A DNA stretch of 64,000 bases from Escherichia phage vb_EcoM_bov9_1, in the sequence record MT884006.2. One strand, given 5' to 3'. Under the pieces are notes generated by a model, which saw only the letters and a program-made list of their open reading frames with translations, searched no databases and was not told the origin of the DNA. Positions 21,068-31,091 of the stretch are shown here, in pieces; the stretch's first letter is position 1, and the number at the start of each line of letters is the position of its first letter. Position numbers and translations under genes: made by a program.

Positions 21068-22527
21068 AAACCAGTTACCTCATGAAAATCGCCAAATACA
21101 TCTTCGAACGTATTAGCTTTAGTTTTATCTTCACGTAAACGAATTGCAATTGGAAGAAATAGCTTAACGTAATCAGTACGTCCATCTAATTTTACCCAGC
21201 CGTTGCATTCGCACTCTAGAATTTTTCCAATATAATAATTTTGGTTTTCCATAATGCGAGTACGGTCAAGTTCATGCGATTTTACGCCGGCTTTATCTTT
21301 TAAGCCTGAACCAGCATTTACTTTAATTTTTCCACACTCTGATTCAAGAATGAAACCACCTGCTTTAGTAGGGTCTTTACGGTGAGGATAAATTCCTACA
21401 ATTTTTAAATCAACATCAATTACTTCTTTAAATTTATAAAGATTTTTTGAACGAGCATTTTCCCATAATCCATCGATATTTTTGAGAATAATACCTTCAA
21501 GACCTTGGTCAATATACTTTTTGTAAATTACCTTAGCTTCATCTAGGTTATTTACTACTTGGTTTTCAATTAAAATTACTTTATCATAGCCTGATGTCAT
21601 TTGTTCTAGTTTAGAAAAACGTACATCATATTTTAAACGAAACGCCGGAAGACCGTATATTTCTACCAACGGAACATAATCCCAGACCTGAAACTTCATG
21701 CATTGAGCTTCTTTTTCTGAAATAGTTCCCTTTAAAGATTTATTAGCGATTCCATTAGAAGTAGTACGTGATTCAGCTACTTCGGCGAATTCTTTAGCTT
21801 TACTAATTTCAGGATAAGCATCAAAAAGAAAATCTAGGCCTTCTGGCTCCTTTTCAACTTGCTCATGGTATACCAATTCGCCATCAATTAACACACCTTC
21901 TGGATGAATCTGGCGAGCTTCTGCAGTCATTTTGATTAACTCTTCTTTGAGAAGATCTAATCCTAGATATTCATTACCAGCTCGTGATAAAAGACGAACA
22001 TCATCTAATTCATCACCTCTGACTTCAGCAAAGCACCGAGCTCCATCAGCTTTTAATTGGGCAAAGGCTGGAAATTTAATATTCTTGCTAATGCCTTTTT
22101 CATCATAAGAACTTGCCAGCATTTGAGGTTGTTCAGGAATTAAACCTGGCCAAACTTTGTTTGCAATAGATACTGATGCACCGCATTCAAGGTCTCGCAT
22201 CATCACCCGACGCAAAACTTCAACATCATCTTTTTTACCGTCAGTAATATATCCAGTTAATTCCTCAATTGCCGCATTTCCAGTCAATTTCCGAGTAGCT
22301 AATGTGAATTCAATGAAGTCAAGCATATCGGTAAGAGTCAACATTCCAAAACTCTGGGTAGCAATACCAGGTTTAGGCCATTTCTTGATATAATACTGTA
22401 ACCCACGAGAATAAGTCAGACGATATACTCGTTTGAGCAATTCATTATCTTTATTCTTTTCAAGAATTGCTTGCTTTTGCTTAGTTGAACCAATAGATGC
22501 TATTTCATTCAGAATTTTAAGAATCAT
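21064..22527 (-). CDS. 30: ATP-dependent DNA ligase gp30
   Basis: 487 aa; MILKILNEIASIGSTKQKQAILEKNKDNELLKRVYRLTY; adenylation motif KADGAR. Confidence 0.95.
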   Translation of the reverse strand: MILKILNEIASIGSTKQKQAILEKNKDNELLKRVYRLTYSRGLQYYIKKWPKPGIATQSFGMLTLTDMLDFIEFTLATRKLTGNAAIEELTGYITDGKKDDVEVLRRVMMRDLECGASVSIANKVWPGLIPEQPQMLASSYDEKGISKNIKFPAFAQLKADGARCFAEVRGDELDDVRLLSRAGNEYLGLDLLKEELIKMTAEARQIHPEGVLIDGELVYHEQVEKEPEGLDFLFDAYPEISKAKEFAEVAESRTTSNGIANKSLKGTISEKEAQCMKFQVWDYVPLVEIYGLPAFRLKYDVRFSKLEQMTSGYDKVILIENQVVNNLDEAKVIYKKYIDQGLEGIILKNIDGLWENARSKNLYKFKEVIDVDLKIVGIYPHRKDPTKAGGFILESECGKIKVNAGSGLKDKAGVKSHELDRTRIMENQNYYIGKILECECNGWVKLDGRTDYVKLFLPIAIRLREDKTKANTFEDVFGDFHEVTGL

Positions 22528-22793
22528 TGTTCATCCTTTAGAGTTTGGTTTACAGCTCTATTATAAATCAATTCATCATTAAGCTCAGTCAAAGACCTGT
22601 GGTACGTGGTTCTAACTTTATTTCCTTGCATCCAGTGCTTGACGTAAATGAAACCTTGCTCTACACATTTTTTAAAAATTCGTTCGTCTTTTTGAGCTCG
22701 GAATTCTGGATTGCATCTAAAAAATTGATTTACGTGACCGTAATCACGTGTAGTATTACCTTCATTTTCATAAATAGTGTAAACGACAAACAT
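22524..22793 (-). CDS. Hypothetical protein (30.1-like position)
   Basis: 89 aa; ATG verified. Confidence 0.55.
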   Translation of the reverse strand: MFVVYTIYENEGNTTRDYGHVNQFFRCNPEFRAQKDERIFKKCVEQGFIYVKHWMQGNKVRTTYHRSLTELNDELIYNRAVNQTLKDEQ

Positions 22794-23629
22794 TAGAATG
22801 CTCCTTGGAAAATATTATCACCACTAGTAGGTCTATTATACAAATACTCTATGCCACCGGGTTTAATATAGTTCCATGTCTGAAACGGATGCGTCTGATA
22901 TGGATGATATAGATTATAAGGATTAAATCCAGGAGTTCTCCAGGTAGTGTTCCAAGGAAAAGAATCATTTTTAATCATCTTTTCAATTACATCTTTTATA
23001 GCTTTTTCACTATCAAAACTTTCTTTATTTTCATTCGATGGAAAAAGCTTATTCTCTACATCATTCCATGTATAAACTCGCTGTGCAGTTTTTGGAATAC
23101 TGTCACGCTCCCCTCGAGCCATCCAATAAACAGGAACATTTAATATTTCACTCGCATGATCGCAGTGGTGAGCGAGATCGTCAATATAACAAATTACGTT
23201 ATATTTCTCTTTTGCCTTTTTGAACAACTCTTCTTTTGAAGAATCATGACCACACATCAATACTTCTGAGAAGGCACCAGGAAAAAGAGCATTCAAATTA
23301 AATTGACGATTCAGCAGAGCGTCAATAGAATCACCCAGTGCTGTAACAGCTACAAAATTATAATCTTCTTTTAATTTGTTAATTACACACAGGGCATCTT
23401 TATATGGAGACAAATAGCGAATAAAATCTGAACGATTATACTTTTCGATTAATTTAACACCAAGTTCTTCATCGCAATTAAAGAGCTTACCAGGAGAAAT
23501 AAATTTTTCGTCCTGAATCATTTTTAAAATATGTTCCAACGGAAGATTATATTTTTGGGCAAAATAAGGAAGGCCCGATTGCCAGCTTAAACACACCCCG
23601 TCAATATCAGTCAAAATAGTAGGCTTCAT
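22793..23629 (-). CDS. HAD-superfamily hydrolase-like protein (30.2-like position)
   Basis: 278 aa; N-terminal DIDGV matches HAD motif I (DxDG[TV]). Confidence 0.65.
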   Translation of the reverse strand: MKPTILTDIDGVCLSWQSGLPYFAQKYNLPLEHILKMIQDEKFISPGKLFNCDEELGVKLIEKYNRSDFIRYLSPYKDALCVINKLKEDYNFVAVTALGDSIDALLNRQFNLNALFPGAFSEVLMCGHDSSKEELFKKAKEKYNVICYIDDLAHHCDHASEILNVPVYWMARGERDSIPKTAQRVYTWNDVENKLFPSNENKESFDSEKAIKDVIEKMIKNDSFPWNTTWRTPGFNPYNLYHPYQTHPFQTWNYIKPGGIEYLYNRPTSGDNIFQGAF

Positions 23630-24084
23630 AGAGAGTCTCTTAATAGGTTTAACACATCAATAAATTCAGCTTCGGTTAGTATTGTATCATCTTTTGTTAG
23701 ACCACTAGCCATGCTATGCTTCAAAATTTTTCCTTTAGAGGCTTGTAAGGCATCACGAAACCCCTTGTTTTGAATCGCTGCTTCAAAATATGCATTTGTA
23801 TACAACTCTTTCCATGCTGCAGAGTATCTTGAAAAGGGAATTCCAAGCCAGAAAAGCGTCCCACGGTCCGCAGCTCTTGCATAAGCTCTTCCACTTTGCT
23901 GGGCGGCCAAGCCGGAGAGCCCAAATATACGTTTTTGTTGTTCAACATTTTTCACCTTGCATCCTTGGAGGAATCCTTCAAGACCTCCGAATTGAATACC
24001 ATCCATGACGAAAGGCCATTGGGCGAAATTACTTAATGCACACGATGGCCATCTAAAATTGCTTCTAATCTCTAACTCAGACAT
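23626..24084 (-). CDS. NADAR-domain (YbiA/DUF1768-like) protein (30.3-like position)
   Basis: 152 aa from ATG 24084 (track used TTG 24090); LSNFAQWPFVMDGIQFGGLEGFLQGCK resembles YbiA core. Confidence 0.6.
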   Translation of the reverse strand: MSELEIRSNFRWPSCALSNFAQWPFVMDGIQFGGLEGFLQGCKVKNVEQQKRIFGLSGLAAQQSGRAYARAADRGTLFWLGIPFSRYSAAWKELYTNAYFEAAIQNKGFRDALQASKGKILKHSMASGLTKDDTILTEAEFIDVLNLLRDSL

Positions 24085-24283
24085 TTTCAATACTTATAAT
24101 TTCAACATCAGCCCAATGACCATAGCAAGGAAGACGAAATTCAACTGGCCAGTTAGGGTCCTTTTCTAATATAATAGACTCAACTTGTGGTTCTTCATGT
24201 TCATCAGTATATGGATTTTTATCTGTTACTTTATATGTGACCTTAATGTACTGAATTCCAAAAATCTTATTAATTATATTCAT
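24077..24283 (-). CDS. Hypothetical small protein
   Basis: 68 aa; ATG verified. Confidence 0.45.
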   Translation of the reverse strand: MNIINKIFGIQYIKVTYKVTDKNPYTDEHEEPQVESIILEKDPNWPVEFRLPCYGHWADVEIISIENV

Positions 24284-24477
24284 ACTAATTCCTTTAATCC
24301 GTAAATAGGAGACAATTCATCACCCATACGAAGGTCTTCATTTCCATCTACCCAGGAAACAATATAAGCCTCTTTTATTTGAACACCACTCCATTTAAAT
24401 GGAGGTAGAACCTTAGAAATTAATCCAGGTATACCAACTCCCTTTAATTCAACAGTTTGACCTAAAAAGAATTTCAT
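24280..24477 (-). CDS. Hypothetical small protein
   Basis: 65 aa; ATG verified; overlaps neighbours at both ends. Confidence 0.5.
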   Translation of the reverse strand: MKFFLGQTVELKGVGIPGLISKVLPPFKWSGVQIKEAYIVSWVDGNEDLRMGDELSPIYGLKELV

Positions 24478-24764
24478 TAGAACCTCATCTGAAAACCATG
24501 CGATTTAACATTACCGCCGCCAATATCAGAAATATTAATTTCACGCGCAATTGAAGGGTCAATGTCAATTTCACGATTAAGTTTAGCGATAGCTAAAGTA
24601 TCACGCCCATTTACTGTACGGAATTCTAAAGGACAAACCACATCAACGTAATTTTTAATCGATTCACTGGTAAGCTGCAAATGAGCAGGAAGGTCTTTAG
24701 GTGCCTTTGAGAAAACCACTTCACAAAAATTTTTGCGGGTGTCAAAATAAGTAGTCATAAACAT
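24477..24764 (-). CDS. Hypothetical protein
   Basis: 95 aa; GAGGAAAATATT site. Confidence 0.55.
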   Translation of the reverse strand: MFMTTYFDTRKNFCEVVFSKAPKDLPAHLQLTSESIKNYVDVVCPLEFRTVNGRDTLAIAKLNREIDIDPSIAREINISDIGGGNVKSHGFQMRF

Positions 24765-24805
24765 AATATTTTCCTCAGTAAGGGGCCGAAGCCCCTCATT
24801 TTATT

Positions 24806-25171
24806 TTAAATATCAAATTCGTTAAGAACTACATCAAAGATTGCTTCAAGATGCTCAGGTTTAGCTCTGTTACTCAGAATATGACGAATCCAAGTTTTAA
24901 CCAAAAGCTTGCGATTATCACCATTCCAGCAAGGATGAGTCCCTAAATCGCGTTGACGAAAATCATCATCTAAAGCGATTTTAAAATTTGAACCTTCCAT
25001 TGTGATTGAAACCGTGATGCCATTTTCAAATCGCATATAAACGTAGTTAGGAGTCATATACTGTTCAATTTCGCATACTGATCCATTTTGATGTTTCCAA
25101 AGGCAAATAGTATCAATAGAACCTGCAATACCATTAGAAACATATTTACGTTCAAAGTTGATGTAGTTCAT
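24806..25171 (-). CDS. Hypothetical protein
   Basis: 121 aa; ATG verified. Confidence 0.55.
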   Translation of the reverse strand: MNYINFERKYVSNGIAGSIDTICLWKHQNGSVCEIEQYMTPNYVYMRFENGITVSITMEGSNFKIALDDDFRQRDLGTHPCWNGDNRKLLVKTWIRHILSNRAKPEHLEAIFDVVLNEFDI

Positions 25172-25239
25172 TTTTGTTCTCCGAGATGTTTAATTGCGGT
25201 ACAGGTATATAATATCATATCCTGTACCAAAGTAAACAA

Positions 25240-25572
25240 TTATTTTACTACTTTCCAGTGCTTCATGTCAAGTTTACCGACTTTTTTCATCTTCTCAATT
25301 AAGCGTTCGGCACGTTGGCGAGCTGTAACATAATACCATTCACCTAATTCATTTTGTTCAATTTTTCCAACGATTACTGTATTCAATTCATAAATCCAAC
25401 CAGTAAAGAAATTATGAACTTGAATTGTAAAGGTGAAATCTGTTCCCATACCTTCTGTTGTTTCTACTTCAATAATATCACCTTCAACTGCCATTAAGAA
25501 CCACATAGTTTCGTTATATTCACCATTGAAGCATTTAGCTTTAACTGCAGCGTTCAGATTAATCGTTTTCAT
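25240..25572 (-). CDS. Hypothetical protein
   Basis: 110 aa; AAGGAGAAT site; early promoter upstream. Confidence 0.55.
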   Translation of the reverse strand: MKTINLNAAVKAKCFNGEYNETMWFLMAVEGDIIEVETTEGMGTDFTFTIQVHNFFTGWIYELNTVIVGKIEQNELGEWYYVTARQRAERLIEKMKKVGKLDMKHWKVVK

Positions 25573-25599
25573 TTTATTCTCCTTTGTTTGTGTAAGATA

Positions 25600-25629
25600 A
25601 TACTATCACAAAGGAACCATACTGTAAAC
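25600..25629 (-). promoter_or_regulatory. Early promoter
   Basis: Minus strand GTTTACA - 17 nt - TAGTAT, TGA extended -10. Confidence 0.5.
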
Positions 25630-25644
25630 AACTTTATGCAATCT

Positions 25645-25678
25645 TTGGAAAATAAAAAAGGACTCCCGAAGGAGTCCT
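25645..25678 (-). terminator. Rho-independent terminator
   Basis: aggacuccUUCGggaguccu then UUUUUUAUUUU on minus strand. Confidence 0.55.
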
Positions 25679-25682
25679 CAAC

Positions 25683-25859
25683 TTATGCTTTCTGCTTACC
25701 AAAACGAGAAGCATCATCTCGAAGAACCGCACGTGCTCGGCGCATGATCTTCTCAACAGTTTGATTGATACGAGAGTTCGACCCACGCTTGTAGCCAGCG
25801 CGTTTAGAATCACCAACTTTCTTTTCAACTGCTTTCTTTGCTTTAGCTTGTTTTGCCAT
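25683..25859 (-). CDS. Small highly basic protein, 58 aa
   Basis: ATG 25859 preferred over track start; MAKQAKAKKAVEKKVGDSKRAGYKRG, Lys/Arg-rich. Confidence 0.5.
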   Translation of the reverse strand: MAKQAKAKKAVEKKVGDSKRAGYKRGSNSRINQTVEKIMRRARAVLRDDASRFGKQKA

Positions 25860-26104
25860 TATAAATTCTCTTTTAAATGAAAATGCAGGACTTATTGGCA
25901 TTGCCTGCGCAAGCCCTCAAGGGGAACATAGGTTTTTGGGTATTTAACGACCAGGATAACCATAAACCCGTCATCATTCACATTCAAGAGGTACACCATA
26001 AAACTGCCGGGGTCTTAAAACTATAATGATTCGCAAATCATTAATCAGACAGTTCGATGGCTCCTCGATTTTAGCTCACACTAAGGCAGTGAATCTCCAA
26101 TAAA

Positions 26105-26353
26105 TTACTTCAATGTTACCACAAAGTGACGAACTGCTTTTCGTGCAGCAGAAGCCAGAGGCTTAGCATACTTAAGTTCATCTTTTTCCTGAAGCTCAGC
26201 AGCTAATGCAGTTTGAGCAGGATTTAGATGTTTGAAATAACGCAGGATTTCAAGAGCTTCGGCTTCAACATCAATAGATGCGCCATAGTTTTCGTGACCA
26301 TTATTCCATGCGTTTCGTTGCAGTTCAAGAGCGTGTTGTAATTGTTTAATCAT
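26105..26353 (-). CDS. rIII: rIII lysis inhibition accessory protein
   Basis: 82 aa; MIKQLQHALELQRNAWNNGHENYGASIDVEAEALEILRYF matches T4 rIII. Confidence 0.85.
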   Translation of the reverse strand: MIKQLQHALELQRNAWNNGHENYGASIDVEAEALEILRYFKHLNPAQTALAAELQEKDELKYAKPLASAARKAVRHFVVTLK

Positions 26354-26492
26354 TTAAAAATTCTCGTTAGAGATTAAAACTCGGTAGTCACGTTCTTCTG
26401 AATTTCATCTTCTTTCGACAGATCTCTCAGTTGTAGACTACCACATAGAATTGTTCGGTTAACTTATTATTCCGACACCCAATTCATATTAT

Positions 26493-26500
26493 TATTTATA
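26493..26500 (-). promoter_or_regulatory. Candidate late promoter (TATAAATA) with 140-nt leader to rIII
   Basis: Minus-strand TATAAATA immediately downstream of gene 31 stop; no ORF in the leader. Confidence 0.4.
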
Positions 26501-26836
26501 TCACTTATAAAGACACGGAATAGCTTTATAGTGACAGGTAACAAATTTTTGTTTAATTTCTTTTGGCTGCTTAAGACCCAGAGCTACAAAAGGATGCGGA
26601 ACGTTTCGAATTTGACCAACTGGAAGAGAAGTCAAATCACCAACTTCGCAGAAACCTTCAGGAACATCAGGACCAACAGAGTGAACTACACACAGTTCAG
26701 GAACTTCACCTTGAACACGTTTACCGATAATAAGTCCTGATTCTGTAACTTCTTCATCACCAGCCTGTGCAGGTTCAGAAACTAAAATAACATATTCACC
26801 GACAGCACGAATTGGTAGCTGTTGTACTTCAGACAT
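26501..26836 (-). CDS. 31: gp31 co-chaperonin (GroES analogue)
   Basis: 111 aa; [49 protein letters not shown]. Confidence 0.93.
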
Positions 26837-26866
26837 CGTTTTTCCTTTTTGTTAACAGATGAATTA

Positions 26867-26891
26867 ATAATAACAAATAATTCTTAAAGCA
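26867..26891 (-). promoter_or_regulatory. Middle (MotA-dependent) promoter for gene 31
   Basis: Minus strand AAATGCTTTA MotA box, 12 nt, TATTAT -10. Confidence 0.5.
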
Positions 26892-26892
26892 T

Positions 26893-27201
26893 TTATTTAC
26901 CAATAAATTGAAGCAAATGCTCAACTTTCATACCATTAACAGAAATCAATTTGTCAATAGAAAAACCTCGCCATGCGCCAAGTTCAACATCAAATACTGG
27001 AATCATGTCAGTAGATTCTTTCCGAGTAGATTCAGTCAATTTACCAGTTTGCATGGTTGGCATAAAGTCTGCATCACGAGTACCTTTCATAGTACGAATA
27101 GTACCATCAGACTTTTCAAAAACTACGTTTGAAACACCCATGGACAATTTGGTTTTCAAAATTTCGCGAATTGCTACTTTCTGCTCAGTTGTCAGTTTCA
27201 T
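26893..27201 (-). CDS. Hypothetical protein (31.1-like position)
   Basis: 102 aa; ATG verified. Confidence 0.55.
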   Translation of the reverse strand: MKLTTEQKVAIREILKTKLSMGVSNVVFEKSDGTIRTMKGTRDADFMPTMQTGKLTESTRKESTDMIPVFDVELGAWRGFSIDKLISVNGMKVEHLLQFIGK

Positions 27202-27438
27202 TTATTTACCTATTACAGTTTTAATATGAGTTGTTCCACGTTCTTTAAGGGTGGAAAGTAATTTTTGGCATTTTTCTAAATCAGATTTCCAACTATACGG
27301 TCTATCAATACAAACCCATTCTGACTTATAATACTGCTTCCATTTAGAGAAAAAATATTTCTTATACTCTACAGCAAATGAAATGTTCTCGTTAGAATAA
27401 GAACTAATTGCTGTGAGCTGTACCAAACGAAATTTCAT
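27202..27438 (-). CDS. Hypothetical protein (31.2-like position)
   Basis: 78 aa; start overlaps cd stop. Confidence 0.5.
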   Translation of the reverse strand: MKFRLVQLTAISSYSNENISFAVEYKKYFFSKWKQYYKSEWVCIDRPYSWKSDLEKCQKLLSTLKERGTTHIKTVIGK

Positions 27439-28019
27439 TATTCACCACAGAATTCGTTGATATTTTCCCAGTTTAACTTATTCAAGTTTTTCTTAGGAAC
27501 ATTAAACACTTCAATACCTGCATTTCGCAGAATATCATCCCAACCAGGTTTATTTTTATCGTATGTTTCGCAATAAACCAGCTTTTTAATTCCAGATTGA
27601 GCTATCGCTTTTGCACAATCTGGACAAGGAGAAAGTGTTACATACATAGTAGCACCTTCAATAGAAGAACCATTTCGTGCAGCAAACAAAATTGCATTTA
27701 GTTCAGCATGAATTTCATTTTTAGATGACCATTCCGAGTGAGCACTACGATGTTCTTTTGCCAAGACAAAACGATCAGTTGAACCAAATGATACGCATTC
27801 AGGCTTATGGCCTTGAATGATAGTATGTTTAGGCTTATTCAACAACCATCCTTGCTCAGCAGCATAATCACAACAGTTCACACCCCCTGCGGGTGAACCA
27901 TTATACCCAGTAGAAATAATACGTCCATTCTTTTCAATTACTGCTCCTACCTTCCAGGAGCAACATTTTGATTCTTGTGATACTAAATATGCAATTTGAA
28001 GTACTGTACTCGCTTTCAT
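27438..28019 (-). CDS. cd: dCMP deaminase
   Basis: 193 aa; zinc-binding HAELNAI and PCPDCAKAI motifs. Confidence 0.93.
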   Translation of the reverse strand: MKASTVLQIAYLVSQESKCCSWKVGAVIEKNGRIISTGYNGSPAGGVNCCDYAAEQGWLLNKPKHTIIQGHKPECVSFGSTDRFVLAKEHRSAHSEWSSKNEIHAELNAILFAARNGSSIEGATMYVTLSPCPDCAKAIAQSGIKKLVYCETYDKNKPGWDDILRNAGIEVFNVPKKNLNKLNWENINEFCGE

Positions 28020-28354
28020 TTCATAATCACCAGATAAGCAGATTTAGCAGTTTCAACACGATAAATTTCGTGACGAAGTTTAGTTATACTTTTAATAACA
28101 GAACTAATTATATTCTGCCCATCTTTAAAGCGGTTTTTCTTGTCAATAAAAATTGCACCAACCATCTTTTTGTGAAGCTCAACTGGATACTTCGTCACAA
28201 TAATAGCATCATATACAGAAGGATGAATACTATTCACCAGAGTGTCATTCATTAAAGTTATTCTAATGAACTGTGCTGTTTCAGAGTCAAGCGCTCTATG
28301 ATCGCCAGTATCATTTTCAAGACAATTATCAATTATATCAGTTAAATTCATCAT
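28016..28354 (-). CDS. Hypothetical protein (cd.1-like position)
   Basis: 112 aa; ATGA coupling with cd. Confidence 0.5.
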   Translation of the reverse strand: MMNLTDIIDNCLENDTGDHRALDSETAQFIRITLMNDTLVNSIHPSVYDAIIVTKYPVELHKKMVGAIFIDKKNRFKDGQNIISSVIKSITKLRHEIYRVETAKSAYLVIMK

Positions 28355-28590
28355 AGTACGCCATACACCCTTTGTGCTTCAACTAATCCATCAAAATCCA
28401 GTTTAAGATGCGATATTTGATCGCCATCGCCTGGATTCACAATTACTAATACTGAACGAGGAGTTTCGGTAATAACACGAACCGATGTTTCAGGAAATCG
28501 TTCAGAAACCTTATTTACCAATTCCTGAGCAAATAGTTTAACTTTTTCTTGGAATTCTTTAACAGTAATTGGTTTTTCACTTAGCAGCAT
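28351..28590 (-). CDS. Hypothetical protein, 79 aa
   Basis: Start moved to ATG 28590 (MLLSEKP) with GAGGAAAACAAA site; track extension runs through a promoter. Confidence 0.5.
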   Translation of the reverse strand: MLLSEKPITVKEFQEKVKLFAQELVNKVSERFPETSVRVITETPRSVLVIVNPGDGDQISHLKLDFDGLVEAQRVYGVL

Positions 28591-28619
28591 TTTGTTTTCC
28601 TCATTTGTTTGGTAGAGCC

Positions 28620-28649
28620 ATAATATCACAACTCTACCGTAAAGTAAAC
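28620..28649 (-). promoter_or_regulatory. Early promoter
   Basis: Minus strand GTTTACT - 17 nt - TATTAT, TGA extended -10. Confidence 0.5.
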
Positions 28650-28651
28650 TA

Positions 28652-28927
28652 TTAAATCGCTTTGAATTCTGCTGTCTGCGATTCAAAACGAATGTCGCCT
28701 TTGATAACTAGCTCAGCATCAAGACCGAATACAACAATGATATGCGCTGAACCTGGATACAACGTAATTGCAATAGAATCCACTTGGTCTGGAAGCAAAG
28801 TATTCAATACATGAGTCACTTGAGCATGAATTCGAAGCTCGGCTGCGTTATCAAGCTTTTCAAACATATTATTAGCGATAATTTGGCTAAACACTACTTC
28901 TACGATTTTAGAGTAAGTCGGAAACAT
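28652..28927 (-). CDS. Hypothetical protein
   Basis: 91 aa; ATG verified. Confidence 0.5.
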   Translation of the reverse strand: MFPTYSKIVEVVFSQIIANNMFEKLDNAAELRIHAQVTHVLNTLLPDQVDSIAITLYPGSAHIIVVFGLDAELVIKGDIRFESQTAEFKAI

Positions 28928-28991
28928 ATTTACCTCACATAATTTTCTTCAAGCCAATTAATAATATCCCAAGTTTCATGGTGCCAAGCCA

Positions 28992-30217
<1,226 letters not shown>

Positions 30218-30220
30218 TTA

Positions 30221-30451
30221 TTATTTCTCAACCAATGATTGAATATAATCATGCAAGTCTTTAGATGCTTTACCCCACTTATTTTGGTATTCATTTTTAA
30301 GATTAGCCCGAGATTGAGCTAATAAAACATCATTAGTTGGAGGTAAAGATTCTAATCGTTGAATCTGGCGTCCATAAATCATTGCAGCCATCTCGGATTC
30401 ATAAATCAATCCTTTGAGATGTTCAAATTGATGCCATGAAATCATTTGCAT
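30221..30451 (-). CDS. Hypothetical protein
   Basis: 76 aa; ATG verified. Confidence 0.5.
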   Translation of the reverse strand: MQMISWHQFEHLKGLIYESEMAAMIYGRQIQRLESLPPTNDVLLAQSRANLKNEYQNKWGKASKDLHDYIQSLVEK

Positions 30452-30741
30452 TTATCCTCTTTTAGCTCTTGACGATAATAACATATCATAGTTTTTTGGT
30501 CATGTACATATCGTTTTACATCATTAAGCCAAATACGAAATTCCTGGGAATCTTCAAATGGCATACCGACCCAAGCTTTACCATCAATAACTTTAACTTG
30601 CCAAGATAGTTTAGCTTCATCATATGACTTTATTTGTACAGGCCAATTAGGATGAACTGTTTCTTTCTTTACTTCTAGAGGCTTTGTCGAACAACCAACT
30701 AGAAGACCAATAGATAATATTACTGCTGATAGTTTAATCAT
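30442..30741 (-). CDS. pseT.2: Outer-membrane spanin (lipoprotein, Rz1 equivalent)
   Basis: 99 aa; signal peptide plus lipobox LVGC; ATGA coupling to upstream i-spanin. Confidence 0.7.
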   Translation of the reverse strand: MIKLSAVILSIGLLVGCSTKPLEVKKETVHPNWPVQIKSYDEAKLSWQVKVIDGKAWVGMPFEDSQEFRIWLNDVKRYVHDQKTMICYYRQELKEDKCK

Positions 30742-31091
30742 TTAGAAAGGTCCTGGATGTCTTCTGCGAACTTGTTGAAGGAGTTGTTGATTTGTTTTTC
30801 AACCAATCCTGGCTTATGAGCCACCACATCCGCCTTCTTTGCGTCTTTGCGCAGTTTTTCATTTTCACGCTCAATAGCAGCAATTGCCTCACGATTTTTA
30901 TTATTCATCGCATCAATATAATTATACTGAATTCGCAAATTATTTAATGCTAAAGCGTTTTCATTGGCTGTTTTTGTAATTTCGGTAACTGATGTTTCTA
31001 ATCTTTCTACCTTATTTTTTAAAATAATAGATGTTCCGCCAAATGCTATTACAAGTAATAGCAATCCAGCTGTAAAATTACTTACATGCAT
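30738..31091 (-). CDS. pseT.3: Inner-membrane spanin (Rz equivalent)
   Basis: 117 aa; N-terminal TM helix then coiled-coil-like region; directly precedes the lipoprotein. Confidence 0.65.
   Translation of the reverse strand: MHVSNFTAGLLLLVIAFGGTSIILKNKVERLETSVTEITKTANENALALNNLRIQYNYIDAMNNKNREAIAAIERENEKLRKDAKKADVVAHKPGLVEKQINNSFNKFAEDIQDLSK

Noticed and set aside
22778-22784. GTTTACA -35-like element inside the 89-aa ORF next to ligase
   Set aside because: No acceptable -10 hexamer at 16-18 nt spacing; lies within coding sequence.
25634-25828. 64-aa ORF overlapping the small basic protein gene in another frame
   Set aside because: Same strand but out of frame with a better-supported ORF; no independent start signal.
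25902-26104. tRNA or other classical RNA gene in the ORF-free gap
   Set aside because: I could not find a cloverleaf with conserved T-loop/D-loop features by eye; left as a low-confidence structured-region finding only.
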